From an uncultured archaeon (GTDB lineage Archaea > Altiarchaeota > Altiarchaeia > JAFGQM01), in contig CAZINR010000001.1 of NCBI GenBank assembly GCA_964540655.1, positions 5,067 through 69,066 of the forward strand: a DNA stretch of 64,000 bases, written 5' to 3'. Both the position numbers and the translations under genes were made by a program. The notes under the pieces were generated by a model. The model made no database searches and had not been told where the DNA came from. It saw nothing but the letters and a program-made list of their open reading frames with translations. Shown here piece by piece: positions 54,394 to 63,407 of this stretch (positions are counted from its first letter, which is position 1; each line of letters opens with the position of its first letter).

Positions 54394-54541
54394 GGGATTT
54401 TTAAGCCCAAGGAGAATAAAAACATAGGTTCATCTGAATGAACCTTTAAGACTATTTTTATACCCCTCCCTTCAAACATACCGCAATCTCCCTCCGACGA
54501 GGGGCATCGGACCGCAAGGTCCAGTTCTGAGATTCGCGTAA

Positions 54542-54961
54542 ATGACTACAGTATACGATGTCGAGCCTGAGGCGCTCATAAACGCCGCGGCCCAGGACTT
54601 GAAGACGAAGGTCAAAGCGCCCGACTGGGCGCCGTTCGTCAAGACGGGCGTAGCCAAGGAGCGGCCGCCCGAGGCCCCCGACTGGTGGTACGTCAGGGAG
54701 GCGTCCATACTGAGGAAGATTTATGTCAAGGGTCCGCTCGGCATATCGCGCTTAAGGAACGAGTACCGCAGCAAGAAGAACAAGGGTGTGCAGCCGGAAG
54801 AGTCGCGCAAGGCCTCCGGAAAAGTGACCCGGCTTGCTGTACAGCAGTTAGAGGAGCTCAAGCTGGTGAGGAAGGCCCAGGACAAGAAGGGCCGGGAGAT
54901 AAGCCCCGCCGGCATGAAGTACCTCGACAATCTCGCTCACAAAGTCAAGAACAATGGATGA
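54542..54961 (+). CDS. rps19e: 30S ribosomal protein S19e
   Basis: 139 aa; APDWAPFVKTGVAKERPPE...WWYVREASILRKIY matches eS19. Confidence 0.85.
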   Translation: MTTVYDVEPEALINAAAQDLKTKVKAPDWAPFVKTGVAKERPPEAPDWWYVREASILRKIYVKGPLGISRLRNEYRSKKNKGVQPEESRKASGKVTRLAVQQLEELKLVRKAQDKKGREISPAGMKYLDNLAHKVKNNG

Positions 54962-55280
54962 GCTGGAGGCCATCAGGGCCAGGAAACTGCAGCAGATGCA
55001 GCAGCAACAGATGCAGCAGGAGGTGCAGCAGCAACACCAGGTCCAGAAGGCGCTGAGGCATATAGACGCGCTGGTGCGCCGTTTCCTCACGCAGAAGGCT
55101 CAGGACAGGCTGGCAAACCTCAAGCTCGTCGACCCAGAGCTCGTCCAGAAGCTGAAGATATACCTGGCGCAGATGTATGCGGGCGGCCAGATAAAGGACA
55201 AGATGACCGACGAGCAGCTGAAGTCGATACTGATGAAGATAAAGTCTTCGCAGAAAGAGACCACGATAAAACGGATGTAA
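54954..55280 (+). CDS. PDCD5/TFAR19-like dsDNA-binding protein with poly-Gln stretch
   Basis: 108 aa; conserved position after S19e in archaeal clusters; QQMQQQQMQQEVQQQHQ low-complexity segment. Confidence 0.65.
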   Translation: MDELEAIRARKLQQMQQQQMQQEVQQQHQVQKALRHIDALVRRFLTQKAQDRLANLKLVDPELVQKLKIYLAQMYAGGQIKDKMTDEQLKSILMKIKSSQKETTIKRM

Positions 55281-55281
55281 C

Positions 55282-55437
55282 ATGAGTTCGAACAAAGACC
55301 AGGAGACCAAGAAGGAGCTCAAGAAGGCGGAGAAGGAATCCAGGCGAGCCCCGATATGGGCGTTCGCCGCAACCAACCGCAAGGTCAGGCGCTCCCCGAA
55401 GAGCGGTCGCAACTGGCGCAGAGACAACATCTACTGA
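55282..55437 (+). CDS. rpl39e: 50S ribosomal protein L39e
   Basis: Manually translated 51 aa: MSSNKDQETKKELKKAEKESRRAPIWAFAATNRKVRRSPKSGRNWRRDNIY; below the ORF-track size cutoff; conserved eL39 pattern (R.P.W...NWRR). Confidence 0.7.
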   Translation: MSSNKDQETKKELKKAEKESRRAPIWAFAATNRKVRRSPKSGRNWRRDNIY

Positions 55438-55439
55438 AG

Positions 55440-55964
55440 ATGGCCGGCAAGGAAGAAGACAGGGAAAAGAAGAAGCCTGAAGAAGGCAAGGCCGAGGATA
55501 ATACTAAAGAGGTAAAAGAAGCAAAGGAAGAAAAGACCTCCGAGGACGGGAAGTCCAAGACCAAGGCCGGAAAAGAGGAGGCGAAGACCGAATCCAAGAA
55601 AGATTCAAAATCCGGGAAAGAAGAGAAGGGCAAAAAGGCAAAGAAGAAAGCCGATGAAAAGCCCAAGGAAGAAAAGAAGAACGAGAAAAAGAAGGGGGAG
55701 AAGGTCGACGTAGTTTCCGAGGACATCTACACGATTCCCCTCAGCAAGGTCTACCGAACCAAGCCCAACTACAAAAGGACCAACAAGGCGGTCCGCATGC
55801 TAACCCAATATCTCAAGCGTCACACCAAATCCGAGGACATAGTGATAGACGGCCAGCTCAACCGCCACATCTGGAGCAGGGGCTCCAAGAAGCCTCCTCG
55901 AAGGGTTCAGGTAAAGGCCGTCAAGGACTCAGAAGGCAGAATAACCGCCACCCTCCTCAAATAA
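55440..55964 (+). CDS. rpl31e: 50S ribosomal protein L31e with about 85-aa Lys/Glu-rich N-terminal extension
   Basis: C-terminal 90 aa match eL31 (IYTIPLSKVYRTKPNYKRTNKAVRML...RHIWSRGSKKPPRRVQV). Start at MAGKEEDREKK directly after the L39e stop. Confidence 0.75.
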   Translation: MAGKEEDREKKKPEEGKAEDNTKEVKEAKEEKTSEDGKSKTKAGKEEAKTESKKDSKSGKEEKGKKAKKKADEKPKEEKKNEKKKGEKVDVVSEDIYTIPLSKVYRTKPNYKRTNKAVRMLTQYLKRHTKSEDIVIDGQLNRHIWSRGSKKPPRRVQVKAVKDSEGRITATLLK

Positions 55965-56626
55965 TGGCTATATACCAGACCGATTTTCTGGGGGAGGGCT
56001 ACCTTGGCCTCTTCGGCTTCGCGACCGACGAGTATTGCCTGATTTCAAATCGCCTAAACCAGCGGAAGTTGAAGGAAATAGAGGATACTCTCGGAGTCGA
56101 GACAATCTCCACACCCATATTCAACTTCTCTTTGTCCGGCATAATGTCGGCCGGCAACTCCCGGGGGGCGTTGCTCCCCTATCTGATCGAGGATGACGAG
56201 CTGGAAAGGATCGGCAAGAAGGTGGGCGTTGCCATAGTCCCAGACAAGTTCACCGCCCTGGGCAACCTCATAGTCGCCAATGACCGCGGCGGGATGATAA
56301 GCGACGTCTTCTCCCAGCGGGCCAAGGTGTCCATCGACGAGGCTCTGGGAATCAACACGATTCAGGGCCAAATCGCCGGCTCCAGCGAGGTCGGAGCGCT
56401 CTGCGCAGCCACAAACAAAGGTTTCGTCGTCAGCCCCGACGTCAATGATGCTGAACTGAAGCAGCTGGAGAAGGTCTTCGGCGTCCCGGGTGGAAGGGCT
56501 TCGGCTAATATGGGCTCCAAGGTCGTGGGCGCCTGTCTGATAGCCAATTCCAACGGCTTCATAGCTGGCCAGGACACCACGCCCATCGAGCTGGAGTACA
56601 TAAACGAGGCGCTGGGCTTCTTATAG
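55964..56626 (+). CDS. eif6: Translation initiation factor 6 (aIF6)
   Basis: 220 aa; pentein repeats with eIF6 signature. Confidence 0.85.
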   Translation: MAIYQTDFLGEGYLGLFGFATDEYCLISNRLNQRKLKEIEDTLGVETISTPIFNFSLSGIMSAGNSRGALLPYLIEDDELERIGKKVGVAIVPDKFTALGNLIVANDRGGMISDVFSQRAKVSIDEALGINTIQGQIAGSSEVGALCAATNKGFVVSPDVNDAELKQLEKVFGVPGGRASANMGSKVVGACLIANSNGFIAGQDTTPIELEYINEALGFL

Positions 56627-56648
56627 GAATACCTTCAAAATTAGCGAA

Positions 56649-56828
56649 ATGAAATACGTTCTGAAAGGCAAACTCAGGATAGGCTCCAAGATTGAGAAGT
56701 TCAAAAAAGGGGTCGAGGCAAAGGATGAGGGCGAGGCCAGGGAGCTCACTCTCTCGCTGTTCGGGAGCGAGCACGGCACCAAGAGGCGCCATATAACCAT
56801 AGACAGCGTGGAGAAATCAGAAGGATAA
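56649..56828 (+). CDS. rplX: 50S ribosomal protein LX (eL20/L18Ae)
   Basis: Manually translated 59 aa: MKYVLKGKLRIGSKIEKFKKGVEAKDEGEARELTLSLFGSEHGTKRRHITIDSVEKSEG; expected position between aIF6 and prefoldin alpha; stop overlaps the pfdA ATG. Confidence 0.6.
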   Translation: MKYVLKGKLRIGSKIEKFKKGVEAKDEGEARELTLSLFGSEHGTKRRHITIDSVEKSEG

Positions 56829-57259
56829 TGCCGGAAGAAAATGACCAAAGGAAACTGCAGTCCCTTCTGATTCAGATTCAGTCCTATCAGAGCACCCTGC
56901 AGGCCGTCTCCAGGCAGACTGCCCTGATCGAGAGGAGCCTCGAGGACGTCTATATGACTCTCCAAGCGCTCGAGGAACTGCCCAAGACCAAAGAGTCTGA
57001 GTCTTTGGTCCCCATAGGCGCGGGCGTGTACGTCAAGGCCGACATAACCGACAAGAAGAAGGCTCTGGTCTCCGTAGGGGACGGAGTATTCATCGACAAG
57101 ACAATGGCCGAGGCGAAGGCCTACCTGAAAGAGCGCCAGGCTGAGATGGAGAAGAACGAGAAGCTTCTGCGGGAGCGGGGCCAGAAGATAAGCGAGGAGC
57201 TCAACGCCGCTAATCAGTCTGCAGAAGAGCTCTACGCGAAACTCCAATCCGGCCAGTGA
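56828..57259 (+). CDS. pfdA: Prefoldin alpha subunit
   Basis: 143 aa coiled-coil/beta-hairpin/coiled-coil layout (VPIGAGVYVKADI...), conserved cluster position. Confidence 0.8.
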   Translation: MPEENDQRKLQSLLIQIQSYQSTLQAVSRQTALIERSLEDVYMTLQALEELPKTKESESLVPIGAGVYVKADITDKKKALVSVGDGVFIDKTMAEAKAYLKERQAEMEKNEKLLRERGQKISEELNAANQSAEELYAKLQSGQ

Positions 57260-57292
57260 GCGGATTTATTAAATCCTAGCCATTAATCCTAC

Positions 57293-58657
57293 ATGGCACC
57301 TGACAGACTTCTCCGAGAGATAGTCTCCGACATCACTCCCACCGAAAAGGAGAAGGAAAAAGAGAAGAACCTCATAAAGGAGGTGATTGCCATTCTCAGC
57401 GCAGTCATCCAGAGGACCAACCCAAAGGTCAAGCCGGTGATGGTCGGCTCTATAGCCAAGGGCACAGACCTTCGCGGCGACAAGGACTTCGACATCTTCA
57501 TCCAGTTCCCCCAGGAGACCAGCCGCGAGCTGCTGGAAGAGCATGGCCTTCTCATAGGCAGGAACTTCTTCGAGCTGGTGAAATCCGAGCCGGAGATAAG
57601 CTATGCGGAGCACCCCTACGTCAAGGGCCAGTATCACGGGTTCGTGGTCGAGATAGTCCCCTGCTACAAGCTGGACAAGTCCAGGAAGAGGATAAAGAGC
57701 GCGGTCGACCGCAGCCCCCTGCACACCAAGTTCGTGCTGGGTGAGCTGGAGAAGAAACCCCGACTTCGCGACGAGATACGCCTCCTGAAGAAATTCATGA
57801 AGTCTAACGGTCTGTACGGCGCGCATGCTGCCGTCGAGGGCTTCTCCGGCTATCTGTGCGAGCTGCTGACCATAAAATACGGTTCTTTCATGGATGTGAT
57901 AGAGGCGGCTGAAGAGTGGAAGAAGAACGAGCATCTCCATCTGGGCAGGAAGGCCGGAAAGAAGAAGTTCGCCGATGCGCCCCTGGTCTTCATCGATCCC
58001 GTGGACCAGGACCGCAATGTGGCGGCCGCGGTCTCTGTTGAGAAGATGGCTAGGTTCGTCTACCTGGCCGAGGCCTTCCACAGCTATCCAAGCCACGAGT
58101 TCTTCAAGGAGAAGGAGACAGAGCCGATGAGCAAGAAGGAGTTCTACAAGAGCATCAAGGATCGGGGCACTCAGCTGATATGCGTCCATTTCCAGACCCC
58201 ACGACTGGTCGAGGACACCCTGATACCGCAGATGTACAAGAGCCTCAAGAACCTTGCCAACGAGTGCGAGCGGGCGGAGTTCAAGATACTGAAGAAAGAC
58301 TACTGGACCGACGGGAAGGAAGGGGCCTTCCTCATGGAGTTCGAGGTCTGGAAGCTTCCAAGGGTGATGAAGAAGGAGGGCCCGTTCTTCGACTCCAAAG
58401 TGGCCGACATGAGAGGATTCGTAAGCAGCAACCGGGGCAAGGCCATGTCGCAGCCGTATCTGGAGAGCGACCGGTGGGCCATAGATGTCGAGCGGCCTTA
58501 TCGCCACGCCGACGATCTGGTCAAGGCCTACCTCAAGGAGCCCAAGGGGTTCGGCAAGAACCTGCGGGACATAAAGGACTTCAAGCTGGAGATAAACTCG
58601 GACATAACCAAGCTCAAGAACCGGGACTTCTGGAGGTTCATGGGGGAGTTCTGGTAG
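57293..58657 (+). CDS. cca: CCA-adding enzyme (archaeal class I tRNA nucleotidyltransferase)
   Basis: 454 aa; GSIAKGTDLRGDKDFDIF nucleotidyltransferase motif and archaeal CCA body/tail domains. Confidence 0.85.
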   Translation: MAPDRLLREIVSDITPTEKEKEKEKNLIKEVIAILSAVIQRTNPKVKPVMVGSIAKGTDLRGDKDFDIFIQFPQETSRELLEEHGLLIGRNFFELVKSEPEISYAEHPYVKGQYHGFVVEIVPCYKLDKSRKRIKSAVDRSPLHTKFVLGELEKKPRLRDEIRLLKKFMKSNGLYGAHAAVEGFSGYLCELLTIKYGSFMDVIEAAEEWKKNEHLHLGRKAGKKKFADAPLVFIDPVDQDRNVAAAVSVEKMARFVYLAEAFHSYPSHEFFKEKETEPMSKKEFYKSIKDRGTQLICVHFQTPRLVEDTLIPQMYKSLKNLANECERAEFKILKKDYWTDGKEGAFLMEFEVWKLPRVMKKEGPFFDSKVADMRGFVSSNRGKAMSQPYLESDRWAIDVERPYRHADDLVKAYLKEPKGFGKNLRDIKDFKLEINSDITKLKNRDFWRFMGEFW

Positions 58658-58687
58658 TTTTTATCCGTTTATAGATAATCTTGTGAA

Positions 58688-59581
58688 ATGGCCCGAGGGC
58701 CCCGGAGTAAAAGAAGGTCAGTAAAAGGTCTTGCTGAAGATTTGGTTCAGAAGGTGCCCGCTAAAAACGGGGAAACTCCCGAAAGCTGGTTAAGAAGATT
58801 CAAAACCCTTCTGAGACGTCATCCAGATATCAAGGCCGCATTATTCCATGGTAGCGCGCTTTGGGGTCATGAGCCTAACAGATCGAGAAAGGAACCAAGG
58901 AAAAGGAAAGTCCAGAGAGATTATGATTTCCTTGTCGTTGCGAGGGGAAAAGCCGAAGAGAGCGAAGCCGCATATGTCCCTCAAAAAGTCAGGCGCCCGG
59001 ACGGTTCTGTCCTCATGCAAGTGACGCCGGTCGTGGCTACACAAGACCATCTCACTTCTGAAGCCATCCCTGTGACGGGCGGATTGGGACATTTTGCATC
59101 CTATGCGCTCTCTCCGAGGGAAATAGTCAAAGGCCGTCCCCTCATCGATGAGCACATGACTAGACTTTGGCAGACTACATTACCGGATTTAGTCCAATAT
59201 GGGATTATCCCCCGGGAAATCAAACTGAAGAAAGGAGAAGAAGGCGATTTCCTATTTGATGTTGCCAAAAAATATTTCACCCGCATGGAACCGGACAAAT
59301 ACCACCCGATAAAGTCGGTATTGTTCGGTTGGGGCGCTAGGCCGAATGCAGTCTCTAATTTCCAGAAGGAGAGCGTCGGCCCCTTCGTCAAGGCTCTTAA
59401 AAGAGCTGGTTTCAAGGTAAGAGAGACCGAATCAGGACTCCATGCTATGGCCCCCGATACCATGAAGAGGTCACGCTTCCCTAGACTCTCGGCTTTGACT
59501 ACCACGCCTCAAACCCTAAAGTGGCGCGGAGGCGCAAGAAAGGCGTTACGGATGGCGCGGGAAGATAGAAATGCCAAATAA
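58688..59581 (+). CDS. Pol-beta-superfamily nucleotidyltransferase-fold protein of unknown function
   Basis: AALFHGSALWG...RDYDFLVV fits the hG[GS]...[DE]h[DE]h minimal NTase motif, with a basic insertion; 30 nt downstream of cca, same strand; GC lower than surroundings. Confidence 0.45.
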   Translation: MARGPRSKRRSVKGLAEDLVQKVPAKNGETPESWLRRFKTLLRRHPDIKAALFHGSALWGHEPNRSRKEPRKRKVQRDYDFLVVARGKAEESEAAYVPQKVRRPDGSVLMQVTPVVATQDHLTSEAIPVTGGLGHFASYALSPREIVKGRPLIDEHMTRLWQTTLPDLVQYGIIPREIKLKKGEEGDFLFDVAKKYFTRMEPDKYHPIKSVLFGWGARPNAVSNFQKESVGPFVKALKRAGFKVRETESGLHAMAPDTMKRSRFPRLSALTTTPQTLKWRGGARKALRMAREDRNAK

Positions 59582-59709
59582 CAGTATCAATCCACCCTCA
59601 TCCATTTTTATACCCCCAGTTTCTAATAACCAGGTAACCCGAGCGGGAATACATTTGTTTTCTTGAATTTTCTTTTCAACCAATCTTAGCACCTTTAACG
59701 GGGGATAAC

Positions 59710-60333
59710 ATGGAGAATCAGAACAAAACAGGAACCACCACCGTCGCTCTGAAATGCAAGGACGGGGTGATACTGGCTGCCGACAAGAGAGCCACTATGG
59801 GCAATTTCATCTCCAACAAGGAAGCGTTGAAGATATACCCTGTGGACGAGAGGATAGCCGCCACCATAGCCGGCGGCGTGGGAGACGCCCAGAACGTGAT
59901 ACGCATACTGCGCGCGGAGGCTAAGCTCTTCAAGATGAACCGCAAGCAGCCGATGACTGTAAAGGGCGCGGCCACATTGATGTCCAACATACTCAACGGC
60001 AACAGGTATTTCCCTTATCTGGTCATGAGCATAATAGCCGGGATAGACGAATCCCCGAGGGTCTTCTCCATAGACCCCGTCGGCGGTCTGATGGAAGAGG
60101 ATTACATCTCAACAGGTTCGGGCTCCCCGATAGCATACGGCGTGCTGGAGAGCGATTATAAGAAAGACAAGTCCGTGGAAGAGAACGTCTCCATAGCCGC
60201 CAAGGCGATAAAGGTGGCGCAGGAGAGGGACTCGGCATCCGGCAACGGCGTGACGCTTGCTTCCGTGACCGGCAAGGGATACAAGCAGTACACTGAATCC
60301 GAGGTCCAGGAAATACTCAAAACCCTAAATTAA
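59710..60333 (+). CDS. psmB: Proteasome subunit beta
   Basis: Propeptide MENQNKTG followed by catalytic TTTVAL; 20S beta fold motifs. Confidence 0.9.
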   Translation: MENQNKTGTTTVALKCKDGVILAADKRATMGNFISNKEALKIYPVDERIAATIAGGVGDAQNVIRILRAEAKLFKMNRKQPMTVKGAATLMSNILNGNRYFPYLVMSIIAGIDESPRVFSIDPVGGLMEEDYISTGSGSPIAYGVLESDYKKDKSVEENVSIAAKAIKVAQERDSASGNGVTLASVTGKGYKQYTESEVQEILKTLN

Positions 60334-60357
60334 TGAATCTTTTTTTCTAAGGCGAAA

Positions 60358-62256
60358 ATGCCCACACTAGAAGAGCTACAAGAGCAGATAAAAGAATTCT
60401 TGCCCAAGGAAGTAGGCGTGCAGAGCATATCTGCCGAGGCATCGAAGATAGTCTTGACCACGGACCGGCCTGACGTGTTCATAGACCATCCCGACATAAC
60501 CAAGGACCTTGCCAAGACCATAAAGAAGAGGATACTCATCAGGCCAAAGTCGTCGATGCTGGTTGAGCCTTCCGAAGCGGAATCCATGATAAAGAAGATA
60601 GCCGGCGAGGAGAGCGGCATAACCAACGTCATATTCAACCCCTACCAGAAAGAGGTCATGATCGAGGCTGAGAAGCTCGGCAACGTCATCGGCCCCAATG
60701 GTGAGAACATCAAGAAGATAATCAAGGCTACCGGATGGAGCCCCATGCTGGAGAGGGCCACGCCCCTGAAGAGCAACATACTCGCCTCCCTCAGGAAGAC
60801 TCTCTGGGACAAGAAGGTCTGCAGGAGGAGGAAGGACTTTCTAGAAAGGGTTGGCCGCGGAATATACTCCAAGCCTGACCACACAACCGACTGGATACGC
60901 GTCACCCCGCTGGGAGGGGCGGCCGAGGTAGGCAGGTCTTGCTTTTTGGTGCAGACGCCGAACAGTAACATACTCCTCGACTGCGGCATAAACGTCGCGG
61001 CGTCGGACTCCAAGCGCATGTTCCCGGACTTCAGGGCAATGCAGCTGACAATCGACGACCTGGACGCGGTCGTGCTCTCGCACGCTCACCTGGACCACTG
61101 CGGCTTCATACCCTACCTTTACAGATACGGCTTCGACGGCCCCATATACGCCACCAAACCGACCAGGGACATAATGGCGATGCTCCAGCTGGACGCGGTG
61201 GAGATATCCATGAAGGAAGACAAGGAGCTGCCCTATTCCAGCACGGACATAAGGAATGTCATAGAGCACGTGATACCTCTCGAATACGAGGAGGTGGCAG
61301 ACATAACCACTGACGCCCGGCTGACGCTCTATAACGCCGGCCACATACTTGGCTCTTCGATAGTCCATCTTCACATAGGGGACAGCCTCTACAACATAGT
61401 CTACACGGGCGACATGAAGTTCGGCGAGACTAGGCTTCTTAACCCGGCTGAATATCAGTTCCCGCGCCTCGAGACGCTGATAATAGAATCTACTTACGGT
61501 GGCAGGAAGAGCATCCAGCCCAAAAGGAAAGAGGCCGAGGAGCAGCTGATAGACGCGATAAAGAAGACTATCAAAAGGGGCGGCAAGGTCCTCATACCCG
61601 TATTCGGCGTCGGCCGTTCGCAGGAGGTCCTCGTCACGCTTGATGAATACCGCAACCAGCTGTCCGATATACCAATCTACATAGATGGGATGGTCTACGA
61701 AGCCACGGCCATACACACCGCCTATCCGGAATACTTGAAGAGGCGGCTCATGAACATGATACTGAGGGGTGCCAATCCCTTCCTGGCCAAGAACTTCGAG
61801 AAGGTGGATGCAAAGGAGCGCATAGACCTGGCGGAGAGCGACGAGCCGTGCATAATAGTGACCCCGTCGGGCATGCTTACCGGCGGCCCGTCCGTGGAGT
61901 ATTTCAAGCGGATGGCCGGCAACAAAAAGGACACCATACTCTTTGTAGGCTACCAGGCCGAGGGCTCTCTGGGGCGGAGGGTCCAGAAGGGCATGCGCGA
62001 GGTCGTCGTGATGGAGGGCAAAAAACCGAAGAAGATCGATGTTAACATAGAGGCGGTCACTGTCGAAGGATTCTCCGGCCACGCCGACCGCAGGCAGCTT
62101 CTGGGCTATGTAAAGCGCATGAATCCCAAGCCGGAGAGGGTGCTGTGCGTGCACGGAGAGGCCAGAAAGTGCCAGGATCTAGCCAAGGGCCTCAACCGCA
62201 TATTCCACATGGAGACTCGAGTCCCCATGGACCTGGACACCATAAGGATACTTTAA
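60358..62256 (+). CDS. aCPSF1/FttA-type KH-domain beta-CASP ribonuclease
   Basis: Two N-terminal KH domains, metallo-beta-lactamase HAHLDHCG, beta-CASP and RMMBL region; 632 aa. Confidence 0.85.
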   Translation: MPTLEELQEQIKEFLPKEVGVQSISAEASKIVLTTDRPDVFIDHPDITKDLAKTIKKRILIRPKSSMLVEPSEAESMIKKIAGEESGITNVIFNPYQKEVMIEAEKLGNVIGPNGENIKKIIKATGWSPMLERATPLKSNILASLRKTLWDKKVCRRRKDFLERVGRGIYSKPDHTTDWIRVTPLGGAAEVGRSCFLVQTPNSNILLDCGINVAASDSKRMFPDFRAMQLTIDDLDAVVLSHAHLDHCGFIPYLYRYGFDGPIYATKPTRDIMAMLQLDAVEISMKEDKELPYSSTDIRNVIEHVIPLEYEEVADITTDARLTLYNAGHILGSSIVHLHIGDSLYNIVYTGDMKFGETRLLNPAEYQFPRLETLIIESTYGGRKSIQPKRKEAEEQLIDAIKKTIKRGGKVLIPVFGVGRSQEVLVTLDEYRNQLSDIPIYIDGMVYEATAIHTAYPEYLKRRLMNMILRGANPFLAKNFEKVDAKERIDLAESDEPCIIVTPSGMLTGGPSVEYFKRMAGNKKDTILFVGYQAEGSLGRRVQKGMREVVVMEGKKPKKIDVNIEAVTVEGFSGHADRRQLLGYVKRMNPKPERVLCVHGEARKCQDLAKGLNRIFHMETRVPMDLDTIRIL

Positions 62257-62321
62257 GACTTTTTTCCGCCAAGCCCTAATATACCCGACTAAGTCTGCAA
62301 GAGCAGGCCTTAGCGGGAAAA

Positions 62322-63407
62322 ATGGAATTCGACCCCTGGCAGATAGGAGACATCACCGACTACGAGCAGCTGTTCAAGTTCGGCATCTCCCCCATGGCCA
62401 AGTTCAAGGACCGATACAGCGACAACCGCTACATACGGCGCGGCATGATATTCGGCCACAGGGGGTTCGAGAAGATAGACAAGGCCATAAGGAACGGCGA
62501 CCCGTTCGTGATGATGACCGGGCTGATGCCGTCGGGAAAGTTCCACTTCGGCCACAAGATGGTCGCCGACGAGATAATCTGGTTCCAGGAGAAGGGGGCC
62601 AAGACATATATCGCCGCCGCCGATATCGAATCTTATCTCATGCGCAGCGTGCCCCTCAAAGATGCGCGCAGCATAGCGGTGGAAGAGTACTTGACCAACT
62701 ACATAGCCCTTGGCCTCGACCCCAGAGCTACGAACTTCTGGTTCCAGAGCGACTATGTGCCGGACTATTATAGGCTTGCCGACGTTGCGGCTAACGAGGT
62801 CACCTTCAACGAGCTGCGCGCGATATATGGGGACATGAGCCCCAACAAGATAGTCTCGGTACTCAAGCAGGCGGCAGACATACTGCACCCTCAACTCCCC
62901 GCTTTCGAGGGCAAGATGCCCACTATCGTCCCAGTGGGCGCGGACCAGGACCCGCACATCAGGCTCACGCGCGACATAGCCTCGAGACTCAACCAGCTCC
63001 ACGACTTCGAGGTTCCATCCGCCACATTCCACCGTTTCATGGAGGGCCTGCAAGGCGGGAAGATGTCGTCTTCCGACCCAAAGAGTTATATAGCGCTCAG
63101 CGAAGACCCCAAGAGCGCGCGCAAGAAGCTGATGTCCGCAACAACCGGCGGGCGCGAGACTGCCGAAGAGCAGAAGAAGCTGGGCGGCATGCCCGACGTA
63201 TGCTCTGTCTACAAGTTCTATTATTACCATCTCGTGGACGACGACGAGAGGATGAAAGAGATGTATGAGGAGTGCAAGTCCGGCGACATATTGTGCGGGG
63301 AGTGCAAGCAGAGGTGCGCCGACATGCTGGAGGCCTTTTTGGAAGAGCACCAGAAGAAGATGGGCAAGGCCCGAAAAGCCGCCAGGAAGCTGGTCGAATC
63401 AAGATGA
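62322..63407 (+). CDS. trpS: Tryptophanyl-tRNA synthetase
   Basis: 361 aa; HIGH-region HFGH, KMSSS variant KMSSSDP, archaeal/eukaryotic-type TrpRS. Confidence 0.9.
   Translation: MEFDPWQIGDITDYEQLFKFGISPMAKFKDRYSDNRYIRRGMIFGHRGFEKIDKAIRNGDPFVMMTGLMPSGKFHFGHKMVADEIIWFQEKGAKTYIAAADIESYLMRSVPLKDARSIAVEEYLTNYIALGLDPRATNFWFQSDYVPDYYRLADVAANEVTFNELRAIYGDMSPNKIVSVLKQAADILHPQLPAFEGKMPTIVPVGADQDPHIRLTRDIASRLNQLHDFEVPSATFHRFMEGLQGGKMSSSDPKSYIALSEDPKSARKKLMSATTGGRETAEEQKKLGGMPDVCSVYKFYYYHLVDDDERMKEMYEECKSGDILCGECKQRCADMLEAFLEEHQKKMGKARKAARKLVESR

Noticed and set aside
57269-58507. 412-aa minus ORF antisense to cca
   Set aside because: Antisense to the CCA-adding enzyme; Leu-rich junk.
60841-63350. 437-aa and 346-aa minus ORFs antisense to aCPSF1 and trpS
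   Set aside because: Both plus-strand genes carry definitive motifs (HAHLDHCG; HFGH/KMSSS).
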